Positions 18,392 through 27,511 of a DNA stretch of 64,000 nucleotides are shown here, piece by piece. The DNA is from Patescibacteria group bacterium. Its GTDB lineage: Bacteria > Patescibacteriota > Minisyncoccia > Phycocordibacterales > UBA1006. The translations under genes and the position numbers were made by a program. The notes under the pieces were generated by a model, which made no database searches, was not told the DNA's origin, and was given only the letters and a program-made list of their open reading frames with translations. The number at the start of each line of letters is the position of its first letter. Positions within the stretch are counted from its first letter, which is position 1. The stretch is from NCBI GenBank assembly GCA_028286885.1, contig JAQBQS010000016.1, positions 2,809 through 66,808 on the forward strand. Direction: 5' to 3'.

Positions 18392-19321
18392 CTGGATTTC
18401 TTCCTGATTAGGTTCAAGCTTCTCGTCTTCTGCAACCTTGTCCAAGATGAGCTGCATCTTCGCGCGCTTCTCGGCGTTGATGCGCCATTCGGCTTTCAAT
18501 GCATCTTCTGTCTTCTCGATTCGTTTCAAGTAATCGTCCATCGTCATGCCCGTCATCGAAATGTCGTAGGCGAACTGCGACATCATCTTGTCGAGTTCGA
18601 TGTCGACCAGGAGATCAGGCAAGTCAATCGAAGCTCCTTCGATAATTCCGTCGATCATGGTAATTCGTTTCTTCTCGTTTTCCTGGCGCGTTTTTTCCTT
18701 CGCCAAGTTTTCGCGAAGCTTCGTCTTGAAATCTTCGACTGATTCGAATGCTCCGAGCGTTTTTACAAACTCATCGTCGAGCGCAGGAAGATCTTTTTCT
18801 TCGATGTTCGCATGGTTGTGATCCGTGTGGTCATGTCCGTGCTCGTGCATCAAATGATGCGCGCGCATCTGGCGGAGTTCCTTGATCGAGCCGTCCACCT
18901 CGTCGTCGGTTACCTCGACTGAAATGGTTTCCTTGTTTGTCGACTTGGCAATTTTTTTGTAATCGCCCAAATCGATTTTCGGAACGACAGCCGTGATCAC
19001 GGAAAATTCCAAGTCGTTGCCCTTGGCAATTTTCTTGATATGGATTTCTGGTCGGCCGATTGCCTCGATCTTATTATCAATAATGACCGTTGGATATGCG
19101 TCGGAAATGGCGAGTTCCGCCATTTGTTCAAGGATGCCCATTTCGCCGACGTGTTTTTCGATCATGTTTGCGGGAACCTTGCCTTCGCGGAATCCGTCGA
19201 TTTTGACGCGGCGGCCGATCGCGGCGATGGCGCGGTCGCGGTAGCTCTCGAATTTTTCAGCAGGAACAGTTCCGCTGATCTCGATGCGGGAACGATCCAA
19301 TGGTTTGATTTCGGGTTTCAT
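18263..19321 (-). CDS. tig: trigger factor
   Basis: MKPEIKPLDRSRIEISGTVPAEKFESYRDRAIAAIGRRVKIDGFREGKVP... N-terminal ribosome-binding and PPIase-like middle domain organization; 352 aa. Confidence 0.8.
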   Translation of the reverse strand: MKPEIKPLDRSRIEISGTVPAEKFESYRDRAIAAIGRRVKIDGFREGKVPANMIEKHVGEMGILEQMAELAISDAYPTVIIDNKIEAIGRPEIHIKKIAKGNDLEFSVITAVVPKIDLGDYKKIAKSTNKETISVEVTDDEVDGSIKELRQMRAHHLMHEHGHDHTDHNHANIEEKDLPALDDEFVKTLGAFESVEDFKTKLRENLAKEKTRQENEKKRITMIDGIIEGASIDLPDLLVDIELDKMMSQFAYDISMTGMTMDDYLKRIEKTEDALKAEWRINAEKRAKMQLILDKVAEDEKLEPNQEEIQSETAKILEMYKDAQDVSEERVRAYVTQILTNAKAFEYLEGLK

Positions 19322-19364
19322 AGTGCGGGTATCGTAGCAGATTTCGAGGAAAATAAAAAGCGCC

Positions 19365-19646
19365 TTAGTTGAGCGCTTTCTTGAGGTTCAGTTTGTTTTC
19401 GAGTTCCCGGACCTTCAAATGAATGAAGAATTTCGAGAAGGCGCCGATCGACGGATCAGCCTCCTGCTTCTTGAGAGTTACAAGCTGGGCCGTCATCTGC
19501 GCGACGGGGTCGGCAGAAGTCTCCGTTGAAACAGTCGTTTCAGGGGCTGAAACGGTTGCATCAGCAGAAATGGTTTCTGCATGAGCATGCGCGGCTCCGA
19601 AGGCTACGATTGCGATGGCAAGGCTAAAAATAGCGAGTTTTTTCAT
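19365..19646 (-). CDS. small secreted hypothetical protein
   Basis: Signal peptide MKKLAIFSLAIAIVAFGAAHAHA; 93 aa. Confidence 0.35.
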   Translation of the reverse strand: MKKLAIFSLAIAIVAFGAAHAHAETISADATVSAPETTVSTETSADPVAQMTAQLVTLKKQEADPSIGAFSKFFIHLKVRELENKLNLKKALN

Positions 19647-19709
19647 AACTCTCTTACTGTACCATGAAACGGGTCGGTTGTCAGGTGAGATGTGGATAAC
19701 AAAAAAACG

Positions 19710-20246
19710 CTATTTAGCGTATTTTTCGTCATAAAGCTTAAATGACTCTTCGATATTTTCGAGCGCCGTCTTCTTGTCATGGATTCCGTTGATCGAAACC
19801 GTTCCTTTCTCGCCCTTCTTGAGCTCCTTGTACGTTTCCCAAAAATGCGTGAACTCTCTCAGGTTGTGCTTGTTGATGTCGGCCAAGTCCTGGATGTCTT
19901 CGAACCGCTTGTCATCCACCGGAACGGCGATGATTTTCGCGTCTGATTCCCCGGTGTCGGTCATATCCATCACCGCTACCGGCCGGACGCGTACCAAGAT
20001 TCCCGGCATGATCGGATAGGTCGTGAGCACGATCACGTCGAGCGCGTCGCCGTCGTGCCATAGCGTCTGCGGAACGAATCCGTAATCGAACGGGTAGGGT
20101 GCCGCGGAATAGTTCGCACGGTCGAGCGCGATCAACCCTGTCTCCTTGTCGATTTCGTATTTGTTGCTCGAACCCTTGGGGATTTCGATAATGACGTTCA
20201 ATTCGTTTGCGCTTGTTCCGCGCGAGATGTCGTGCATGAGATTCAT
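19710..20246 (-). CDS. ppa: inorganic pyrophosphatase
   Basis: ELNVIIEIPKGSSNKYEIDKETGLIALDRANYSAAPYPFDYGFVPQTLWHDGDALDVIVL family I PPase signature; start set at MNLMHDIS. Confidence 0.8.
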   Translation of the reverse strand: MNLMHDISRGTSANELNVIIEIPKGSSNKYEIDKETGLIALDRANYSAAPYPFDYGFVPQTLWHDGDALDVIVLTTYPIMPGILVRVRPVAVMDMTDTGESDAKIIAVPVDDKRFEDIQDLADINKHNLREFTHFWETYKELKKGEKGTVSINGIHDKKTALENIEESFKLYDEKYAK

Positions 20247-20369
20247 ATGGACATTACAGTACCATTTCACAGGCATTCTTGCAAAATTATCAAGAAACAA
20301 GAATGCCTTCTTGGCAAGTTGCCAGATTCCCAATAAGGAGTAGATTGAAATCAAGTAAATCTTTAAAAA

Positions 20370-20810
20370 ATGAAAAGAATATATATGTTGGCAATGCTCG
20401 TCGTCATGACGACGGCTGCCATGGCACAGCACTTTCACGGCAACGGCTTCGCCGTCAGAGGCGGATGGAATGTCAGCTTCGGCGTGAGCCGCGGCCTCGG
20501 ATGGGGAACCAATCCCGGATACTACAACAATTTCGGAAGGTTCGGATGCTCAAGTCCGGTTGTCTATGATTATGGATACAACTACCGGTATACCTATAAT
20601 CCGGGCATCTATCTGACGCCGGCCTATTCCGCTCCGACGGTAATCGTACAACAAGCGGCGCCTGCGTCTGTAGTCATCATCCAGCAGCCTGTCGTGATAC
20701 AGGAATCGAACCCTTGCTATTACATTACCGAGTACCACAAGATCGGTGGGCAACAGGTATACGATGCCAACGGCAATCCGGAATCCCGGCGCGTCCTCCG
20801 ATGTGACTAA
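20370..20810 (+). CDS. secreted Gly/Tyr/Asn-rich hypothetical protein
   Basis: Signal peptide MKRIYMLAMLVVMTTAAMA; 146 aa. Confidence 0.4.
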   Translation: MKRIYMLAMLVVMTTAAMAQHFHGNGFAVRGGWNVSFGVSRGLGWGTNPGYYNNFGRFGCSSPVVYDYGYNYRYTYNPGIYLTPAYSAPTVIVQQAAPASVVIIQQPVVIQESNPCYYITEYHKIGGQQVYDANGNPESRRVLRCD

Positions 20811-20965
20811 TGAGTTTTTTAAAAGATCTGCTTCTTGCGGATCTTTTTTATTTTTGCTAGGATGCGAAGGCGAGATTAAGGCGCGGCGGCCGTAACGGGC
20901 CTCCTTCAGGGCAGTAGCGACCGTATCGGCCGCCGCCCAAACGCCCCACGCTCGCGCCAAAACAA

Positions 20966-21040
20966 TCCCCTGTAGCTCAGCGGTAGAGCAATCGACTGTT
21001 AATCGATTGGTCGTAGGTTCGATCCCTACCGGGGGAGCCA
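20966..21040 (+). tRNA. tRNA-Asn (anticodon GTT), CCA encoded
   Basis: Acceptor TCCCCTG/CGGGGGA, D-arm GCTC-AGCGGTA-GAGC, anticodon stem ATCGA/TCGAT with loop CTGTTAA, T-arm GTAGG-TTCGATC-CCTAC, discriminator G, CCA. Confidence 0.85.
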
Positions 21041-21304
21041 GTTAGGGGTACTAGCAAGTTCTAGTACCAAGTTCCAAGGTTCTCGCATTGTAAACTCTAG
21101 GTTTTTTCCATCTACAAGCGGGTTCTGAATGAGATAATTCACAAAAGCTCTTTTTTCATGTGTATCAGAACTTTCAAAAAGTTCAGTTGCATCATGAGCA
21201 AGATTAAGTATTACGCCTACAGTGATTTTGTAAGTGTGATCTGCTTTTGTGTGCTCATCAAGTTCGATAGAAAGTCGCGCCTGTCGGTCTTTAAGCTGTT
21301 GCAA
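21026..21304 (-). pseudogene. C-terminal remnant of a large serine recombinase, overlapping the tRNA-Asn 3' end
   Basis: 92-aa ORF; ...DTHEKRAFVNYLIQNPLVDGKNLEFTMREP... parallels the C-terminal ...NKREQITLYSLFFEEFPTYEEIVSRTPKLTFIFKINE of the intact recombinase at 908-2599; no catalytic domain upstream; same 3' overlap geometry with a tRNA. Confidence 0.5.
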
Positions 21305-21389
21305 CTTTTTGTCATAGTCGTCAGGGGTAATTCGCCACTCCGATCATATTTCAGCCCGTACCGCTTAAAAGGCTCGTTATTGTGCTACA

Positions 21390-21953
21390 TTGATGAATAT
21401 GCAAGAAGATAAAAGGATCGCTACAATGGAAGCTCTGTATGAGAATTCAAAGAGCTTAATAACATCCGCCGACTCTCTTATAGAGTCAAAAATGCCCGTT
21501 GGGCATGCTTTTGCGCTACTTCAAACAGCTTGTGAGGAAATCGGAAGAATGTTGGCAATTTTACAAATCCTTCAGAGTGTTAAAGTTGAGCTTCCAAGGA
21601 ATAGGCATACTGTTAAGCACTCCCATTTTCTTAGATTTATGTCGATTCAGCCTGTAGGGCATCGACCTTACTTTGAGATCATTTCCGAGATTACTGGCTT
21701 TGAAATCAATCAAGAGAACTCAAAGGACGATGTTGTTCTTGATAAAATTCAGAAGTTTAGAGAGTCTTGCTTATATGTAAACGTTAATTTCGATAACAAT
21801 CATACGATTTCATCCCCAACTGAAGAGAGAATACAAGGTAAGGTTGAGCAGGTAAAGGAGCTAAAAGAAATTCTTGTAAATTATATGAATGGCATGCTTA
21901 AACCACTTATAGAAGCTCACAAAAACGGGAAGACGATATTCTCTAAATCTTAA
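21390..21953 (+). CDS. HEPN-like / AbiV-like protein
   Basis: 187 aa, predicted all-alpha; Rx4H motif (RHTVKH) within LPRNRHTVKH; size and composition resemble AbiV-type HEPN proteins (by recollection). Confidence 0.4.
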   Translation: MMNMQEDKRIATMEALYENSKSLITSADSLIESKMPVGHAFALLQTACEEIGRMLAILQILQSVKVELPRNRHTVKHSHFLRFMSIQPVGHRPYFEIISEITGFEINQENSKDDVVLDKIQKFRESCLYVNVNFDNNHTISSPTEERIQGKVEQVKELKEILVNYMNGMLKPLIEAHKNGKTIFSKS

Positions 21954-21959
21954 GGTCTT

Positions 21960-22925
21960 ATGGAAAATCTAAAATCTAAAAAACAAATACTTTTAACAGG
22001 GGCTGGCTTTTCAAAAAATTTCGGAGGCTTTTTAGCCAAGGAAATGTTCGATGAGATCTATAACAGCGACCATCTTAAAAAGTTTCCAACATTAAGAGAT
22101 AAGCTTCTTGCCACAGGTGATTTTGAGTTTTTTTATGCGGAAGCAATGCTCGATAAAAACCTAACTCCCGAAGAAAAAGGTGCTGTTAAAGCTGCAGTGC
22201 AAGAAGCTTACAATAACCTGGATAAAATCTTTCAGAGCTCTTTTATATCCAATGGTGATTTGCTAATGAGCTGGGGTGATTTTCTAAGTAAAAACTTTTC
22301 TGGTAATGGGTCGGCTGTAGGGTTATTTTTTACTCTCAATCAGGATTTGTTGCTGGAAAGAAGTTTTGGGAATGTTTGCCCTGGAGTCAAGTCATTTAGA
22401 ATGAACGGGCTTGGACAAGCAGATTCATTTTCTTCCTCTCATTCGGTAGTTCTACCACAAGACACTAAAAGGGCAGAGGCAGACATTTTAGTGGGTAACC
22501 TTTCCTATTTTAAGTTACATGGTTCCTATGGGTGGAAATCTTCTGACGGTACAGATCAGATGGTTGTAGGAAGTAATAAGTCAGAGCTGATTGAAAAGGA
22601 GCCGATCCTGAAGCTTTATTTCGATGTTTTTAAGAAGGCTATCGCCGAGGGAAACAAAAATATTTTAATAATAGGGTATGGGTTCAGGGACAAGCATATC
22701 AACGATGTCTTGATGGACGGGGTTGAAAACCATGGATTAAAAATAGTTTGTATAGGTAACTCATCAATAGCTGATGTTATTAAAAAAGCGGAAAATGAAT
22801 ACCCAGAATGCGTACCTTTACTAAGAAGGGTTGATAAGTACTTCCCTTACCCTTTAGAAAGAATCTTAAATAATAATGCAGGAGACACAAGCTTTCGAGA
22901 TAGGATCGAGGAAAATATTCGATAA
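21960..22925 (+). CDS. SIR2-like (defense-type sirtuin) NAD-binding domain protein
   Basis: N-terminal KQILLTGAGFSKNFGG (GAGxS NAD-binding loop) and FTLNQDLLLE (TTNYD-like motif of SIR2_2/ThsA-type domains); 321 aa. Confidence 0.55.
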   Translation: MENLKSKKQILLTGAGFSKNFGGFLAKEMFDEIYNSDHLKKFPTLRDKLLATGDFEFFYAEAMLDKNLTPEEKGAVKAAVQEAYNNLDKIFQSSFISNGDLLMSWGDFLSKNFSGNGSAVGLFFTLNQDLLLERSFGNVCPGVKSFRMNGLGQADSFSSSHSVVLPQDTKRAEADILVGNLSYFKLHGSYGWKSSDGTDQMVVGSNKSELIEKEPILKLYFDVFKKAIAEGNKNILIIGYGFRDKHINDVLMDGVENHGLKIVCIGNSSIADVIKKAENEYPECVPLLRRVDKYFPYPLERILNNNAGDTSFRDRIEENIR

Positions 22926-23026
22926 CCTTAGCAATTCTTAGCATTATTTAGAGAATGTTAGATTTTCATATAATCGCAGATCCATCTTAATACTCCTCCA
23001 ATTAAGGGTTCTGAACTTGCTTACGA

Positions 23027-23036
23027 GGGGGAGCCA
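23027..23036 (+). repeat. 10-bp direct repeat of the tRNA-Asn 3' end (GGGGGAGCCA), putative att-type boundary
   Basis: Exact match to 21031-21040; extended imperfect match taccgGGGGGAGCCAgtta vs tacgagGGGGGAGCCAagta. Confidence 0.4.
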
Positions 23037-23133
23037 AGTATTGACGATTTATCGAATATATTGTAATGAAAAATCACCATATTAATATGGTGATTTTTCA
23101 TTTATGTGCTATAAGATAAATACAACTAAATCA

Positions 23134-23279
23134 GTAGCCTAAACTCTTGAGTGATCGAGAGCATGGTGAAATAAACCCAGTAAAGATTAAAAAACCCATC
23201 ATATGGGGCTATCTTTACTGGTCGTATCTGGAAACGGATACGGAGGGCGAAAGCTCTCACCTATGTGGTGGGCTTTTTG
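23134..23279 (+). ncRNA. conserved structured RNA motif, copy B
   Basis: See copy A (3211-3358); compensatory stem substitutions; ends GGGCTTTTTG. Confidence 0.6.
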
Positions 23280-23423
23280 CTTGAATTATTAGTTTTATAT
23301 TTCGACTATATCTTCTAAGAGAAATTATTTTTTGAGCTAAGCCTATAACTTCTCTTTAGAAATAATTTAACTCGCTTTGATAAGGTAATTTACCTATAAA
23401 AAGCCTTCAGTAAATGCATTTTC

Positions 23424-24425
23424 ATGGAAAAAAATAACAAAAAGAGTTCGTTAGGAAAAATTGTTGCGATTATGTTCTTTAGCGGATTTGTTCTTCTGAT
23501 TGGGTGTCTTGTCTTAGGATTCAAATATGTATGCCGGCACGAGGCATGCTCGATTTCTTCCCAGAAGCCCTATGTGGTTTCCATAAAAACTGAGGAAGGG
23601 AAAGGTGTGCATGTTGAAAATAAAGGATCTATTTTCTCGATTTTTTACAAAGTCCAGAATGGAAACGGACCCGCTGAAGATTTTTTTAACGTTGATACAA
23701 GTAAGTTTGCAATTCAGGACTTGTCAGTCGATTTGGAGAGCCCCTTTTTTAGTTGTTCTCAGCGAAGAGAGAAGAAGATTATATATGTCATTTTAGATGT
23801 TTCGAAATCGGTTGTTCAATCGGCAGGCGAGGACTATTTCAGCAGAGTTACTTCTACCATACAAAATATTTTAGCCTCGGACAGTCTTGAGCCTGGCGAT
23901 CAAATTCGAATTAGATTTATGGGAAATAATAATGACGCGCTTGATAATCTTGATTTTACCGGACCTCGTTTCAAATATTCAGTTCAAAAGAATTCAGTTC
24001 AAAAGAAAATAACTCTTACTCTTACGGATTACTCGCGTGATCATTTAACGAAATGTCAAAATACATCAGGCGCGATTTCTCTAGAAGATGTTATTGGTCA
24101 TATTCAAAGTTCATATGAGAAACGCATCCAAACTCCGGATAATACGACGAATATTTCCGGTTTGTTGAAACAGATATCAAATGAAGTTTCTTTGGAACAG
24201 GAGCGATTTGAATCGGTTCGATACATCATCTTTACGGACGGTGACTCTACTGACGAATACGACGGATGCGATTACTTGTCCGCAGATAAATGCGGAACTG
24301 ACATCAAAAGTCTCAACTTGAATCATGACCTTTCAAATCGCGCGTATGTCATCTGGGTCAAGGATTCGTGGACACAAGGAGTGTTTAGAAAACTATTCGA
24401 CGGCATGTCCGTTAATTTCCAATAG
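23424..24425 (+). CDS. membrane-anchored vWA (von Willebrand factor A) domain protein
   Basis: N-terminal TM helix; MIDAS DxSxS = ILDVSKS; downstream IIFTDGDSTDE typical vWA motif; 333 aa. Confidence 0.5.
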   Translation: MEKNNKKSSLGKIVAIMFFSGFVLLIGCLVLGFKYVCRHEACSISSQKPYVVSIKTEEGKGVHVENKGSIFSIFYKVQNGNGPAEDFFNVDTSKFAIQDLSVDLESPFFSCSQRREKKIIYVILDVSKSVVQSAGEDYFSRVTSTIQNILASDSLEPGDQIRIRFMGNNNDALDNLDFTGPRFKYSVQKNSVQKKITLTLTDYSRDHLTKCQNTSGAISLEDVIGHIQSSYEKRIQTPDNTTNISGLLKQISNEVSLEQERFESVRYIIFTDGDSTDEYDGCDYLSADKCGTDIKSLNLNHDLSNRAYVIWVKDSWTQGVFRKLFDGMSVNFQ

Positions 24426-24428
24426 ATT

Positions 24429-25757
24429 ATGAAATTATTTAATTCTGACTACAACAAAGGATACAGGGCTGCCAAAAGCTATGTGCGGATTATCTCGCTT
24501 CCGAAAGACGTTACAAACAATATCAAGTCGTTTCTTGATTCCGTTTATGTAAGTGCTGTGAGCGGACTTGCCCATATCCTCCAAGAAAATCTCAGCTATG
24601 CGGAAAACAGAATACGAACTATTGAAGTAGAATTGAAATCACTGAAAGATCGTAAAGAAAAACTGATTACGGAAGCAAATCAAATCGACGAGAAAGAAGT
24701 AACGGAACTTTTTTTGGGACAGGCTTCTGAGATCGAAGCCCGGATACAGGAATTTAATAGGAACATCGAACTTCTCAATGATCAGCTCAATGAATTAAAA
24801 AAAGAACACATTCAGGTTTCTTCGAAAGAAAAGCCAGTTGAAAAGACAAATAGCAAATCAGCTAGCTTCATCGGAAGTGTTATTCAAAAGTTACAGGAAT
24901 CAGCAAAAGAGTTTTCTACGATCGGACCCTGGTTTCTTCTGGTTTTGGTTGATTATGGGATTGCAGTTTCGTTTTTTAGTCAATATGCTGAAGGGCAGGG
25001 TTTTCTAGTTGAGGTAGTTGTCGGGTATCTTCTTCCTCTTGCTATAACACTTATTTCGATGGTTGCCATGCATATGGTAATAGATGGAGTGAAAAAACTT
25101 CAGTCCGACGATGCAGCTCCATCCACGGCTATATCAACTGTCGCGGCAGTCGTTATTTTGGCTTTGATTTTCTTCGGAATCCTTTTCATGAGAGTTCTGA
25201 ATGATGGTGACAATCTTGTCATGCAAATCGTCATTTGGGTTCTCTTCGTAGGACTTGTTATCGTAGTTGGATACGAACTTCATAAGAAAGGAAAAAGCCC
25301 TGGTGTCATTATCGAATATCCTGCAAAGATGATCGTATGTACATTAGGTCTCATATGCGGAGCAATTGCATGGCCATTCGAGCAGATCCACAATGTAACA
25401 ACGAAACAGAGAAACATAGGTCCCGAAGCGGAACTTAAGAAGAGTATGGTGTACATCCAAGAGCGCATCAATAACCAATTTGCTGAAAAAGCTAGGCTTG
25501 AAGGAAAGCTTACTAATCTTCCGAGAGAGAAAATGCAGTTTACTTCCACGAATATCGCGATTCTGAGACAGCAGAAGATGAACATGGCTGAGAAGGATAT
25601 TCAAGAAATAGATGCAATCATTTACGATAATCAAGCCGAACTTGTAAAATCAAAAGCAGCCGAAAAATCATTAAAAGATCGTTTGATGGAAATACGAACG
25701 GGATCAAACGATGGCGCCATGAAACAGCTTATGAAAAGATTGAGGCAAAAGTCGTAG
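24429..25757 (+). CDS. coiled-coil / 4-TM / coiled-coil membrane protein
   Basis: Long heptad-like N- and C-terminal segments flanking four hydrophobic helices (GPWFLLVLVDYGIAVSFF..., LLPLAITLISMVAM..., VAAVVILALIFFGILF, IVIWVLFVGLVIVVGY); 4-nt gap after the vWA gene. Confidence 0.45.
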   Translation: MKLFNSDYNKGYRAAKSYVRIISLPKDVTNNIKSFLDSVYVSAVSGLAHILQENLSYAENRIRTIEVELKSLKDRKEKLITEANQIDEKEVTELFLGQASEIEARIQEFNRNIELLNDQLNELKKEHIQVSSKEKPVEKTNSKSASFIGSVIQKLQESAKEFSTIGPWFLLVLVDYGIAVSFFSQYAEGQGFLVEVVVGYLLPLAITLISMVAMHMVIDGVKKLQSDDAAPSTAISTVAAVVILALIFFGILFMRVLNDGDNLVMQIVIWVLFVGLVIVVGYELHKKGKSPGVIIEYPAKMIVCTLGLICGAIAWPFEQIHNVTTKQRNIGPEAELKKSMVYIQERINNQFAEKARLEGKLTNLPREKMQFTSTNIAILRQQKMNMAEKDIQEIDAIIYDNQAELVKSKAAEKSLKDRLMEIRTGSNDGAMKQLMKRLRQKS

Positions 25758-25758
25758 T

Positions 25759-25890
25759 ATGTTTGCGTTCATACTCTTTGCTATTTTCTGTTATGGTATC
25801 TACGAGCTTTTCCGTCATGGAAAAATTGGAATTGCGATATTTCTTATTCTCGCATTCCTAGTTTGGGCGTTCTTCAGCTTTTTGTAAAAA
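25759..25890 (+). CDS. small hydrophobic peptide (43 aa), below the ORF-track cutoff
   Basis: ATG at 25759 one nt after the upstream stop; MFAFILFAIFCYGIYELFRHGKIGIAIFLILAFLVWAFFSFL = two TM-like segments; followed by a terminator hairpin at about 25896-25925. Confidence 0.3.
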
Positions 25891-25975
25891 TACATAAATG
25901 CTTGCAAGTGCAGGCATTTGTTTTGAAACTCAGGTGGTTTATCAAAAATTTAACTCTATATGATAAAGTATTAAT

Positions 25976-26221
25976 ATGAAATTTATCAAAAATATATCCC
26001 TCGGGATTATTGCCCTTCTTGTTGTTTTTGCCATGGCGCATCCGGCCTTTGCGAAATCTTCGTATTATACGAATTCATCGCATGTCAAAGTTCATGTTCC
26101 GACATGGGAACAGCGTGTTCCTGTTGGTGCGACGGCGCAGTGCAGAGATCGGTCTTACAGTTACAGTCAGCATCGTCGCGGGACGTGCTCGGGGCATAAA
26201 GGAGTTGCGAGCTGGCTATAA
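25976..26221 (+). CDS. secreted DUF3761-like protein (paralog of 61222-61473)
   Basis: Signal peptide + CRDRSYSYSQHRRGTCSGHKGVASWL, matching the CxDGxYSxSxHRxGTCSxHGGV-type DUF3761 signature. Confidence 0.5.
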   Translation: MKFIKNISLGIIALLVVFAMAHPAFAKSSYYTNSSHVKVHVPTWEQRVPVGATAQCRDRSYSYSQHRRGTCSGHKGVASWL

Positions 26222-26262
26222 CAAAAAATGCCCTCGAGGGCATTTTTTGTTATAGTGCCTAC

Positions 26263-26823
26263 ATGGCAAAGTTCATACTCCACGGAGGCTTCACTCCCGG
26301 AAACACGCATGAAGACAATAGCGATTTCTATTCTGAAATCCTGAAGGATGCTCCTGAAAATGCACGGATCCTCTTGGTTCTGTTCGCGAAAAGTCCTGAC
26401 CGCTGGGCGGCAGGCGAGGAAAAACTCAAGGTGGAATTCAATAATACCCGCCATGCGGGGAATATTTCATTTGAAGTGGCACAGGAGGATGGATTCATGG
26501 AACAGGTCAGGACTTCGGACGTAATTTATCTGAGCGGAGGAGTCAGCAAAAACCTGCTTGATGTTCTTGAAAAGTTTCCTTCATTTGAAAACGCACTTGC
26601 CGGCAAGACGGTTGCAGGAGAATCAGGGGGTGCAAACGTCCTGGCGAAATTTTTCTACAGCCCGTCGGCGAGCCAGGTGTTCGAAGGTCTTGGAATACTT
26701 GCCGTCAAAATAATTCCTCATTATTCAAAAGAAAAAGAAGGATTGCTTGATAACGTAGGAGAGGGCTTGGAAGAATTGTTCCTGTCGGAATATGCTTACA
26801 AAGTTTTCTATAAGGAATATTAA
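26263..26823 (+). CDS. peptidase S51 (PepE/cyanophycinase-like) family protein
   Basis: ILLVLFA... YLSGGVSKNLL...GESGGA resembles the S51 GxSAG nucleophile region; 186 aa. Confidence 0.4.
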   Translation: MAKFILHGGFTPGNTHEDNSDFYSEILKDAPENARILLVLFAKSPDRWAAGEEKLKVEFNNTRHAGNISFEVAQEDGFMEQVRTSDVIYLSGGVSKNLLDVLEKFPSFENALAGKTVAGESGGANVLAKFFYSPSASQVFEGLGILAVKIIPHYSKEKEGLLDNVGEGLEELFLSEYAYKVFYKEY

Positions 26824-26827
26824 AATT

Positions 26828-27445
26828 ATGAAACCTATCAAAGCCATCTGCTTCGACCTCGACGGAGTTTACTTCACTTCGAAGGGCAAGAATTCCTTCC
26901 ATGAAGCGCTTATAAGCGAATACGGAATATCAAAAGAAGTCGTAGATAATTTCATGTACCGAGGTCCCGAAATGGCAGAGCTTGTTCGCGGACAGATCAG
27001 CAACGAGGATTTTTGGAACAAGCTCCGCGAGGCGACAGGCATTACTGCATCGGATCAGGAATTGTCCGAACGATGGGTGCGCGATTACGAAGTGAATCAG
27101 GATGTCCGCAATGCGGTTTTGAAAGCGAAAGAGCTTGGCTATAAAACATGCGTCTGCACGAACAATAATGCAATCAGATTGCCGATCCTTTCCAAGCGCT
27201 TCAACTTGAATAATGATTTTGACGTTATTGTTTCATCGCACGAGGTCGGACATACAAAGCCCAACAAAGAAATATTCGAAGCACTTATCAGCAGATTGAA
27301 TGTTGAGCCGGAAGAACTTGTCTATTCCGACGATAATCCCGATCGGCTGCAAGGCGCTACGGACTTGGGAATTCGAACCTTCGTCTACGAAAGTTTTGAA
27401 CAATTTCTGACAGACTTGAAAAGTTTTGGAGTCGAGTTGCATTAA
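26828..27445 (+). CDS. HAD-family hydrolase
   Basis: Motif I ICFDLDGVYF at the N-terminus; start set at MKPIKA (track ORF begins 26792). Confidence 0.55.
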   Translation: MKPIKAICFDLDGVYFTSKGKNSFHEALISEYGISKEVVDNFMYRGPEMAELVRGQISNEDFWNKLREATGITASDQELSERWVRDYEVNQDVRNAVLKAKELGYKTCVCTNNNAIRLPILSKRFNLNNDFDVIVSSHEVGHTKPNKEIFEALISRLNVEPEELVYSDDNPDRLQGATDLGIRTFVYESFEQFLTDLKSFGVELH

Positions 27446-27511
27446 GAAAGAAAAAACACCGGCCGGTGTTTTTTCTTTGGCGAGAACAGAAAGTATTCAA
27501 AAGATTATGGA

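Noticed and set aside
20860-20945. GC-rich extended stem-loop (GGCGCGGCGGCCG...CGGCCGCCGCCC) just upstream of tRNA-Asn
   Set aside because: Could be a tRNA leader or a terminator for the upstream secreted-protein gene. There is no conservation evidence and it is too ambiguous to call a feature.
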